From Bacilli bacterium (GTDB lineage Bacteria; Bacillota_I; Bacilli_A; RF39; UBA660), in assembly GCA_022791775.1 (NCBI GenBank), contig JAAVZT010000033.1:8356-72355 (forward strand): a stretch of DNA of 64,000 nt, written 5' to 3'. Shown piece after piece: positions 28,625 to 36,885 of this stretch. The translations under genes were made by a program, and so were the position numbers. The notes beneath the pieces were generated by a model. That model did no database searches and was not told the origin of the DNA. It saw nothing but the letters and a program-made list of their open reading frames with translations. The stretch's first letter is position 1. Each line of letters opens with the position of its first letter.

Positions 28625-31600
28625 CTACTTCCAAGCTGGTCCTAAACCATCAGATACCACATATTTTGTACCATTTGTGAAATATCCACTATTCGGCCAT
28701 AAAATCCATTCAGTATTTCGTGCTTTTTCTTCAAAATACTTTCCATTTCCTTCACTTAAGAAATTACTGCGACATACCAAATTCGCATAGGATTTATTTT
28801 CATATACACGAGACTCACAAACTAAAGCATCTGTATTATTATCATCCATTCTAACATTCAAATATCCACCAACGGCTTTATTGTATTCACGAATTCGCTT
28901 CATTTGAAGTGGATTAATCACATAAGAGTATTCTGGCGTTTCATAAATATTCTCTGCCGACTCCTCTATTTTCGTTTGTGTATACTTTCCTTTTACATTC
29001 TGCCAATTAAAACCATATTCTCGTTCATTTGGCATTAAATTATTGATAGAAACAGTTCGGTAAAAGAAATTGTTATTTTGTGTAAAAATACAATCTGGAC
29101 ATTCTGAAATACATTCAGGACAATCGTCATCTGGCACAATTTCACAAGGCCACGGATCACATTTCACATCGCAATTTGGACAATTATTTACATAAAAACA
29201 TACATAACCAGCTGTTACTGTGCTTTTAGAAGCATTAAATACACTATTGCTAGTTCCAATTAAACGACCTGGTGTATTCGAATCATTAAATTGCCCTACA
29301 TGTGAGATTGTAAAATCAAAATTAAACACTCCTGTTTTTTGATTTAGAGAAATCGGTAAACAAGCACCGCTTCCATCACACAAATTAGTATAAAGAACAT
29401 ATTTATCTTGACTCTTATCTAAAGCTATTGTTCCAGAAGGAACATAAATTGAAAACTTATTATTTGGACGATAAACTTGATTTTGAACAGTAGCTGTTTT
29501 ACTAACATATTTTGCATTACTTACATTACGAGTTTCAATATAACAACCATTTGCATTACAATTTATATATTGCTCAGCCTGTTCTCCTGCAACATCTGTT
29601 GTCGATTGCGCACAATTATATTGATTATCAACAGATCCTGCACAATAAGAAGCACTATTTTTAACATGAATTGTTCCAGTCTCAAATTTATTATTAAAAC
29701 CAGACATATTTTGATATGGTTCATCATATTTGAAAGTTATCGAAGGATCAAAAGCAAATTCATTTGACCAACCATTACTACAATCATTATATTGTTTAAA
29801 AATTTTATTAATATTAGCAAGATTAGCCTTATATGCTGTTTCATATTCAGAAATTTTTGCATTAACTCGACCTTCAACAGTTTCCTTAGAACCATCTGTA
29901 CAAGTAGGTGAAGCTCCACAACCACCATCACTAGCACTTCCATCAGAACTTACAATATCTGCTCCTTGATTTGAAATGCCAGATGAAATATGCATTTGAC
30001 CATTTCGATCATAAGAATAACTTAAACTAGTATAATTATAACTTTCAACATACCAAACAGTAGCTGAACATGAGCCAGAACTAGTACAACCACACTCAGA
30101 ATAACCATCAGCACAAGTTTTAGACTCTGTATGCCCAACAGCCGTTTTAGTTTCACTTTCAATATGACTCAAAGCAGTTTTATATCTTACATATTCATTA
30201 TAATTAGCAATTAATTTTTGGAATTCTTGATCTAAATCATAACGGAAACGAACGTGATCTATTCCATTAAATTGACTATCTTTTACGCCATTAAAATCTT
30301 CTCGACCATTTACATAACAAGTACGAGTTCCAGAAACTTTAGTTTCTAATTCAAAGTAACTTCCACTCATTGTATATTCTGAATTTGGTAATTTAAATTC
30401 ATAATTTTCCACACAACTTACTTTACAATAAGGATTATTAGATACTGTATCTTGATCAGTCATTTCAAAAGAATTTCCAGCTTTATCATGATTTTTAGCA
30501 TTAAATAAACAATATTTAATTTGTGCATCATCTTTTACATCTTTTACATGATTTACTAAGAAATCATTATTACTATTAAATTCGGTACATTTACCAATAA
30601 AATTAATATCTGGATCTTTTCCACAATCAATACTCTGTCCACCACAATACCGTTTATAATCTTCACTATTTTTATCTAATACTTGGCAACATCCCAATGC
30701 TGTTTCAGAATAATAATTATCTTTTGTCGTAATATTACCAGCAGCATCATAATAATTACCATTCTCATAACGACAATACTTTGGAGTACATTCTAATAAA
30801 TATTGTGTTTCATCGACTTCTGTTCCATCTTTGCCATAATGCACACCATTAATAATTTCACAAGTTCGTTTATTTCCTTCTCCACATTTTTGCTCAAATT
30901 CCATTTTAGAATAGAAATATTTTCCATTTTTATAATCATCTTGATTTGCCCAACCATATTTATCATTAGTTTGCTCTGCTTTTGGAACAAAAGAACAATA
31001 TAACGGACATTTATGGGCAACCATTTCATCAGTCGTAGTTAACTTCTGATCTCCATAGTAGACGTCCCCATTTTCTCGATAATAACATTCCAAACCAAAA
31101 TTATCACAATAAGTTTGAAAATCTGTCTTATTAAAATAATAACTATTTCCGTAGGTTACTTTACCCCACATATTTTCAGAAGCCCAACCGTAATGATTAT
31201 CATTTCTAGTACTATCTGGAAATAACTTACACATTAACGCACAACCATAATGAACCATATCCATTTCATTAGTTAATTCATATGGTGTACCAATTTGTGC
31301 GTTTGTTTCTATAGAATAAGTATATAGCATTGGCTTACCTGAAGATGTTACACATTTTGTATAGATTTTGTTTCCTGTATTTGGACAATTATATCGAATT
31401 TGTTCTTCAACAGTAAGTTCTTCCTTCCTAGAAGTTTCTTTTCCGTCTTTATAAGTAACATAATCAAATGTCCCATCCGGTTGCTCTTCACAACCATCAG
31501 CATATACGTGATGACGTTGACGAGAAGGTGGAGCAGATTGAATAGACATGTTTCCATCAGCTACAACCAACATTTTTTGCATAGAAGCATTTGTAGGCAC

Positions 31601-32641
31601 ATTAAGAAGCATTATATTAGAGCCGGAAGCTTTAACATCATAATAGCTAGAATCAAAATATAATTCATATGTTTTTCCATCATAATTATTCATTCGTTCT
31701 ACTGTAATAACTACTTTTCCTGTTTTGCCAGACCCTTCTGCTCTCGAAGTACATTTTACGGTACTATTTTTACAACCTCCCACAAATTTATTCCAAAAAA
31801 TATGAGAAGGTGCCTCCCCATGAGAAGCATCTAAATGAATCGTAAATTCTTCCATGTTATCGCCTTTCACAACTTTATCGATAACATATGTATAAGTATC
31901 TCCCCATAAAGTTGTATCTTGTCCTGGACCAGACGGAACTAAATCTTCATATTTTTTTCCTGCTAAAATTTCATTTCCAGCTTCCATTGCTTTTTTATAA
32001 ACTTCTTTTGCATAAGAAATATCTGCAGCATAAGAAATATTCTTACCGCTTTCATCTTGTAAAGGAACATCCCAATACTTTACAGTACCATCTTGATTAT
32101 GTTCAGAGAACAATTTTAAAACATCATCTGCTCCTCTTTCATAAGCTTTCCCTGTATCTCCTAAACCATAATTATAAGAAAGCCATCGAAAAACTAATTC
32201 ACCAACAATTCGATCTTCATTTGACATAGTAGCACGACCATCTGCTAATAATTTTTGATATGCTTTCGTAATCGCTACATCATATGCTTGTAAAGTAATA
32301 TTCCCATTCGAACTTAGACCTGAAGGATCGATAACTCGTTCACAAGAATAATTTGGTCTACGAGGAGAATTAACATCAAGATGTGCTCCCCCAAGTTTAG
32401 CTGGAGACATACAATAAGTTTTTAAGTTTACTCCTCCACTAGAAGTATTATAAAATCTAAGCTGATAATTATAATCTCTTTGACCTGAAATAGAATAACC
32501 TAATCCATGTGGAATATAAACTTCCCCTCCATAGGTAACTTGATAACTTCCACTCGGACAAAGTGATTCTGCAGATACCATACTAGGTATTAATATAAGC
32601 AATAAAAATCCATACAATATTTTGGAAACATATTTCATCAT
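28625..32641 (-). CDS. giant secreted cysteine-rich protein (1338 aa), candidate pilus-associated adhesin or surface component
   Basis: Sec signal peptide (LLLILIPSMVSA) and about fifty Cys by eye. Internal roughly 45-aa repeats (..NDxYGWA...YxFxKxxFxxxC). Dense C-terminal CPxC cluster (NNCPNCDVKCDPWPCEIVPDDDCPECISECPDC). Confidence 0.7.
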   Translation of the reverse strand: MMKYVSKILYGFLLLILIPSMVSAESLCPSGSYQVTYGGEVYIPHGLGYSISGQRDYNYQLRFYNTSSGGVNLKTYCMSPAKLGGAHLDVNSPRRPNYSCERVIDPSGLSSNGNITLQAYDVAITKAYQKLLADGRATMSNEDRIVGELVFRWLSYNYGLGDTGKAYERGADDVLKLFSEHNQDGTVKYWDVPLQDESGKNISYAADISYAKEVYKKAMEAGNEILAGKKYEDLVPSGPGQDTTLWGDTYTYVIDKVVKGDNMEEFTIHLDASHGEAPSHIFWNKFVGGCKNSTVKCTSRAEGSGKTGKVVITVERMNNYDGKTYELYFDSSYYDVKASGSNIMLLNVPTNASMQKMLVVADGNMSIQSAPPSRQRHHVYADGCEEQPDGTFDYVTYKDGKETSRKEELTVEEQIRYNCPNTGNKIYTKCVTSSGKPMLYTYSIETNAQIGTPYELTNEMDMVHYGCALMCKLFPDSTRNDNHYGWASENMWGKVTYGNSYYFNKTDFQTYCDNFGLECYYRENGDVYYGDQKLTTTDEMVAHKCPLYCSFVPKAEQTNDKYGWANQDDYKNGKYFYSKMEFEQKCGEGNKRTCEIINGVHYGKDGTEVDETQYLLECTPKYCRYENGNYYDAAGNITTKDNYYSETALGCCQVLDKNSEDYKRYCGGQSIDCGKDPDINFIGKCTEFNSNNDFLVNHVKDVKDDAQIKYCLFNAKNHDKAGNSFEMTDQDTVSNNPYCKVSCVENYEFKLPNSEYTMSGSYFELETKVSGTRTCYVNGREDFNGVKDSQFNGIDHVRFRYDLDQEFQKLIANYNEYVRYKTALSHIESETKTAVGHTESKTCADGYSECGCTSSGSCSATVWYVESYNYTSLSYSYDRNGQMHISSGISNQGADIVSSDGSASDGGCGASPTCTDGSKETVEGRVNAKISEYETAYKANLANINKIFKQYNDCSNGWSNEFAFDPSITFKYDEPYQNMSGFNNKFETGTIHVKNSASYCAGSVDNQYNCAQSTTDVAGEQAEQYINCNANGCYIETRNVSNAKYVSKTATVQNQVYRPNNKFSIYVPSGTIALDKSQDKYVLYTNLCDGSGACLPISLNQKTGVFNFDFTISHVGQFNDSNTPGRLIGTSNSVFNASKSTVTAGYVCFYVNNCPNCDVKCDPWPCEIVPDDDCPECISECPDCIFTQNNNFFYRTVSINNLMPNEREYGFNWQNVKGKYTQTKIEESAENIYETPEYSYVINPLQMKRIREYNKAVGGYLNVRMDDNNTDALVCESRVYENKSYANLVCRSNFLSEGNGKYFEEKARNTEWILWPNSGYFTNGTKYVVSDGLGPAWK

Positions 32642-33408
32642 AATATTCTACTCCTCCGCTTTTTCAAAATCACAATAGCCGATAGAGCCCCTCCGATAAT
32701 TATTACAACAACGACGCTAATAATTATCGTTCGATGTTCGGAAATAAAATCACTTAGATTATCCCAAAAACTTTTATTCTTTTCTTCTTCTTTCTTTTGT
32801 TGTAACTTAGAATATTCTTCTCCAATTCGTTTTGTTATCTCAGACTCTGATGCATAAAACGGAGTCGTAATAAATTCCTGACAAAACTCATAATTTGGTA
32901 AATCAGCACAGGCACTGATATCAGAATAATGATTCCGCATTGGTGTGCTATAATCGATGGTTCTTAAATTATCTCCCTTACATCTCGGGGAATTAGAATA
33001 AATGGTAATTTTATAATTAACAATTTCACTAAAATCTCCTCCATCAAATTCTAACACTCCATCTTTCATATCCTTATAATAAAAAGTTTGTTCAAAATTA
33101 TTGCTTCCTTTAACATGAATATAAATATCATCAGTCATATTTAAGATATTTACTAAAGCTTTATCCATAAAGCCATAGTCATCATAACCTGCATTTTCAG
33201 AATACGCTTCTTCTGGAAGAGTATCATAATAATTTCCATTCACATCAAAATAAACTCGCTTTTTTTCATAATTCATTTTAATTGCTGCTGCATAGTTACT
33301 TAATTGGACCTGTTCCGAATAATCACACGTCGATGCTGCATTCACATCTACCCCCACCAAAAGTACCCACAACAAACATCCTAAAAACACTTTTTTAAAA
33401 TATTTCAT
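32638..33408 (-). CDS. secreted protein with C-terminal TM anchor and basic tail; first gene of the cluster
   Basis: Signal peptide, about 200-aa ectodomain with 5 Cys, C-terminal TM plus KKRRSRIL. ATGA overlap with the giant gene. Confidence 0.55.
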   Translation of the reverse strand: MKYFKKVFLGCLLWVLLVGVDVNAASTCDYSEQVQLSNYAAAIKMNYEKKRVYFDVNGNYYDTLPEEAYSENAGYDDYGFMDKALVNILNMTDDIYIHVKGSNNFEQTFYYKDMKDGVLEFDGGDFSEIVNYKITIYSNSPRCKGDNLRTIDYSTPMRNHYSDISACADLPNYEFCQEFITTPFYASESEITKRIGEEYSKLQQKKEEEKNKSFWDNLSDFISEHRTIIISVVVVIIIGGALSAIVILKKRRSRIL

Positions 33409-33437
33409 AAGTCACCAACCTAAAAATTCACATTGTT

Positions 33438-33466
33438 ATTGTAGCACAGCCCAATTGCAATTTCAA
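33438..33466 (-). promoter_or_regulatory. sigma-A-type promoter for the T4SS/Tad cluster (-35 TTGAAA, 17-bp spacer, -10 TACAAT on minus strand)
   Basis: On the minus strand, TTGAAA (complement of 33461..33466) and TACAAT (complement of 33438..33443) are spaced 17 bp apart, about 30 bp upstream of the ATG at 33408. Two CAATTGC motifs at 33452..33458 and 33474..33480 overlap and flank it. Confidence 0.55.
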
Positions 33467-33523
33467 GCTAGAACAATTGCGAAGCAAAAAAAAGTATGAT
33501 ATATTTTTAAAAGGTGATTAAAA

Positions 33524-33964
33524 ATGAAAAAAAATTTAATTTTAGGAAGTATAATTTTAAGCATTATAGCAATCTCAGTTGTCCTGATTTTCATTCCCAA
33601 AAATTCAAAAGAAAATCTAATAAATATTAATGGAAAAGAATTACTAGCAAAATTAGAACAAAAAGAAAATTTTATCTTAGTAATCTCTCAAGAAGGATGT
33701 CATTTTTGTGAAGAATACAAACCAATATTAAATCGAATTTTAAAAGAAGAAAATTTAGAAGCTTATGAATTAAACTTAACAGAACTTCGAAAAGAAGAAG
33801 AAAATATTCAAAATGAAGTAAAAAAATTATTTAATGTAGATGGAACTCCTGTTACGATTTTTATACAAAATGGAGAAGAACAAACCACCATTAATCGTAT
33901 TATTGGAACCACTACTTATTCTAATTTAAAAAATAAATTAAAAGATCGTGGTTTTATAAACTAG
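33524..33964 (+). CDS. membrane-anchored thioredoxin-like protein (CxxC)
   Basis: N-terminal TM and a thioredoxin-fold-like region with a CHFC motif. Confidence 0.65.
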   Translation: MKKNLILGSIILSIIAISVVLIFIPKNSKENLININGKELLAKLEQKENFILVISQEGCHFCEEYKPILNRILKEENLEAYELNLTELRKEEENIQNEVKKLFNVDGTPVTIFIQNGEEQTTINRIIGTTTYSNLKNKLKDRGFIN

Positions 33965-33976
33965 AAAGAGGAAAGC

Positions 33977-34690
33977 ATGAAAGAAACAAAAAAACAGCCC
34001 ATATATTACATTTTAATTGGAATATTATTAATTTTATCCTATCAATTAATTTTTCCAGCAATCATTTATATGATATTTCCAGACCTTGCCAAAACAGACA
34101 ACCCTATCCTGATTAATTTATTTAATATTGGATATACTTTATTTACAGTTTTATTCTTTTGCATTCTTTATCGTAAATCATTAAAAGAAGAAGGAAAAGA
34201 ATTTCTTAAAAATAAAAAAGCATTTGCCAAAAAAGGAATTCAAGCTTGGCTAAAAGGTCTTGGAACAATGATACTTTCCAATCTAATCGTAATATCTATT
34301 GCAGGATCAATGGCTGGAAATGAAATACAAAACCGAGATATATTAGCACAATATCCCTACTTTGCAGTAATCAGCATGTGTCTATTTGGTCCATTTATTG
34401 AAGAAATTGTTTTTCGAAAATCTTTTCGCAAAGCTTTTCAAAATAAATACGTATTTGCAATTGTAACTTCATTTATCTTTGCCAGCCTCCATGTTCTAAA
34501 CGGATTCGAAGAACTTACACTAACTTGTATTCTAAACAACTGGACTCAACTACTCTTCTTATTCCCATATGGAAGTCTAGCTTTCTTCTTCGCTCTTGCA
34601 TATTATGATACAGATAATATTTTTACTTCCACATTAGCCCATTGTCTTCATAATACCTTTACCATTCTGTTGGTATTTCTAACGAGGTAA
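33977..34690 (+). CDS. CPBP-family intramembrane metalloprotease (CAAX protease-like)
   Basis: EExxxR motif (FIEEIVFRKS) and conserved His motifs (FASLHV, HCLHN) in a polytopic protein. Confidence 0.75.
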   Translation: MKETKKQPIYYILIGILLILSYQLIFPAIIYMIFPDLAKTDNPILINLFNIGYTLFTVLFFCILYRKSLKEEGKEFLKNKKAFAKKGIQAWLKGLGTMILSNLIVISIAGSMAGNEIQNRDILAQYPYFAVISMCLFGPFIEEIVFRKSFRKAFQNKYVFAIVTSFIFASLHVLNGFEELTLTCILNNWTQLLFLFPYGSLAFFFALAYYDTDNIFTSTLAHCLHNTFTILLVFLTR

Positions 34691-34692
34691 TA

Positions 34693-35580
34693 ATGGAAAA
34701 AGAAGAAAAAAAGGTGGAAATAACAGATAAAGAGCCGATTAAAAAAAAACAGCCCATCAAATTAATTTTAATATTCATACTTTTTATTATAGTTTTATTC
34801 TGTGATATTCGTTTTTGGAGTCATAATATCATCACAATCAAAGAATATCCTATCATATTAGAAAAACTTCCTTCCAACTTCAACGGCTTAAAAATAGTCC
34901 AATTTTCAGACATTCATTATGGAGTTACTACAAAAGAAAAACAACTCGAAAAAGTAATCCAAGAAATCAACCGTACTAACCCTGATATTGTAGTCTTTAC
35001 AGGGGATCTTTTGGATAATGCAATCCATTTATCAGACAAAGATATAGATTTTTTAAAAAACAACCTTGTAAAAATAGATTCAAAATTCAAAAAATATGCC
35101 ATTATGGGAGATCATGATTATTCCAACGAAGAACTATTCCAAAATATTATGCAAAATGCCGGATTTCAAATTCTAAACAACCAAAACGAACTTGTTTTTT
35201 ATGAAGGGAATACCCCAATTCAAATCATTGGAATTTCCTCTATTCAAAAAGAAGATATTAATTTAGAAACTATTTTTCAAAATAAAGAAACTAATATTGC
35301 CTCCACAATACTCATAGCTCATGAACCAGCAACGATCGATCTATTAAAAAATAATCAAGTAGATCTTATGTTATGTGGGCATTCGTTTGGAGGATTCATT
35401 AAACTTCCTTTCCTAGGAGGAATTCTTCAAAAAAATAATATTAATGGGTATATAGATGGATTCTATGAAATAAATCAAACGAAACTTTATGTTTCATCTG
35501 GAATTGGAACAGAAACTTATCCTTTCCGCTTTTTAAATCCCCCATCTATCAATTTATACCGAATCTATAATTACAATTAA
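34693..35580 (+). CDS. metallophosphoesterase (calcineurin-like, YkuE-type)
   Basis: Motifs FSDIHYG, FTGDLLD, GDHDY and GHSFGG. Confidence 0.75.
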   Translation: MEKEEKKVEITDKEPIKKKQPIKLILIFILFIIVLFCDIRFWSHNIITIKEYPIILEKLPSNFNGLKIVQFSDIHYGVTTKEKQLEKVIQEINRTNPDIVVFTGDLLDNAIHLSDKDIDFLKNNLVKIDSKFKKYAIMGDHDYSNEELFQNIMQNAGFQILNNQNELVFYEGNTPIQIIGISSIQKEDINLETIFQNKETNIASTILIAHEPATIDLLKNNQVDLMLCGHSFGGFIKLPFLGGILQKNNINGYIDGFYEINQTKLYVSSGIGTETYPFRFLNPPSINLYRIYNYN

Positions 35581-35637
35581 AATTCACTCAATAGTGAATT
35601 TTTTTTATTAAAAAAAGGAAATCAATTGATCTCCTTT

Positions 35638-36078
35638 TTAAACACATTCTACGTATGTATCTGACAAACAACGAATAGCACATACACATGATAGATCCAT
35701 TGTAAAGAAAGAATTCGTAGCTACATATGGATTTAAACTTGTCGTATCAGGATTATCCTGTAATACGCGACATGTACAACAATTTCCATCGACTTTCTCT
35801 ACGCGAAATACATTTGAACATGTTCCAACTGGATTATTTGATTCATCACAATTTGCATTAGAATCTTTACTTACTGGCATTCTCCATGGTGTTCCACAAC
35901 AACCACAAGTATATAGCATTATTGGTCTAGTATTACAAATTAAACAATTAGGACCTCCACCCAAAACTGGTCGATCGCAAGAATCCAAACAATTTTCTGG
36001 ACAAGCATTTTGTTGTAAAACTAAAATTACATTTAAAATTTCAGCAATACAATTTGATCCATTATTGTTATTATTACT
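35638..36078 (-). CDS. cotZ: CotY/CotZ-family cysteine-rich spore coat protein
   Basis: GTCSNVFRVEKVDGNCCTCRVL and DLSCVCAIRCLSD match the CotZ/CotY signature (FFRVERVHGSC...DCFCAINCLNP). Start reassigned to MSNNNNNG, which has an AAAGGGTGA RBS. A candidate sigma-K-type -10 (CATAAATTA) lies upstream. Confidence 0.65.
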   Translation of the reverse strand, partial: SNNNNNGSNCIAEILNVILVLQQNACPENCLDSCDRPVLGGGPNCLICNTRPIMLYTCGCCGTPWRMPVSKDSNANCDESNNPVGTCSNVFRVEKVDGNCCTCRVLQDNPDTTSLNPYVATNSFFTMDLSCVCAIRCLSDTYVECV

Positions 36079-36211
36079 CATATCATTCACCCTTTCATGT
36101 ATTCTCATTAATAATTTATGATACATTTTTAAATTCGTGCGCAATTTAGAAAAAAGAAATAATTGTTTTAAATCCCATTCATTTGTTGTATAATTTTATT
36201 AGGTGATTTAA

Positions 36212-36529
36212 ATGAATACATGGTTACAATATATATTAATTATCATCGCATTAATTTTAATATCTTTAGTTATTGTAAAATTAATGCGAAAAGATTTCCA
36301 TATTGAAGCCAATAAACTAATTGGCTATTTAGGAGGAAAAGATAATATTATTAATGCCGAATGCAACATGTCACGATTTAAAGTGATTTTAAAAGACATC
36401 ACACTAGTAGATAAAGAGGCAATTGAAAAACTTGGTGCCAAAGGAATTGTAGAAATTGATAATCAATTAAAAATCATTTTTGGAAAAGATGCAAAACAAT
36501 TAAAAAGATATATTGATGATTTATTATAA
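36212..36529 (+). CDS. membrane-anchored PTS EIIB-like (glucose-family) domain protein
   Basis: N-terminal TM, then GGKDNIINAECNMSRFKV, which resembles the EIIB Cys phosphorylation loop. Confidence 0.5.
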   Translation: MNTWLQYILIIIALILISLVIVKLMRKDFHIEANKLIGYLGGKDNIINAECNMSRFKVILKDITLVDKEAIEKLGAKGIVEIDNQLKIIFGKDAKQLKRYIDDLL

Positions 36530-36544
36530 AAGAGGAAAACTCTT

Positions 36545-36844
36545 TTATTTTTTTTGAATATCTATAATAGAAGAAATAGGAATAACATCCCCTTCCATCG
36601 TCAAAAGAGAATTCTGATTTTTTCCAACTAAAACTCGTTCCATAGATCCAACCGAAGTAATAATTGAAACTTGGCTTTTATATACGAAACTTCTAGAACG
36701 AAATATTTCATCAATCTTTTGTCGGACATCTTTCTCATCTACAGAAGTTGATCTAATATCACTCGGTCCATAATAATACTCCTGAACATTACATACCTTC
36801 TTTGGAATTGGATTTGCATAAATATTTGGTAATTTCTTATCCAT
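36545..36844 (-). CDS. hypothetical protein (99 aa)
   Basis: ORF with no recognisable motif. Confidence 0.35.
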   Translation of the reverse strand: MDKKLPNIYANPIPKKVCNVQEYYYGPSDIRSTSVDEKDVRQKIDEIFRSRSFVYKSQVSIITSVGSMERVLVGKNQNSLLTMEGDVIPISSIIDIQKK

Positions 36845-36885
36845 AAAACGCCCACCTCATTATATTTTATGTTTAAAACTTAAAA

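Noticed and set aside
29477-31663. Several 60 to 110-aa ORFs on both strands inside the giant Cys-rich gene
   Set aside because: All are embedded in or antisense to the 4-kb ORF. Their composition is consistent with spurious frames.
4669-33408. Interpretation as a conventional Tn916/ICEBs1/pCW3-type conjugative element
   Set aside because: No relaxase, integrase or recombinase, excisionase, replication or partition genes and no flanking att-like repeats were found. Composition matches the flanks. The presence of VirB2-like pilins, a VirB11/TadA-family ATPase and a Tad-like module does not fit those element families.
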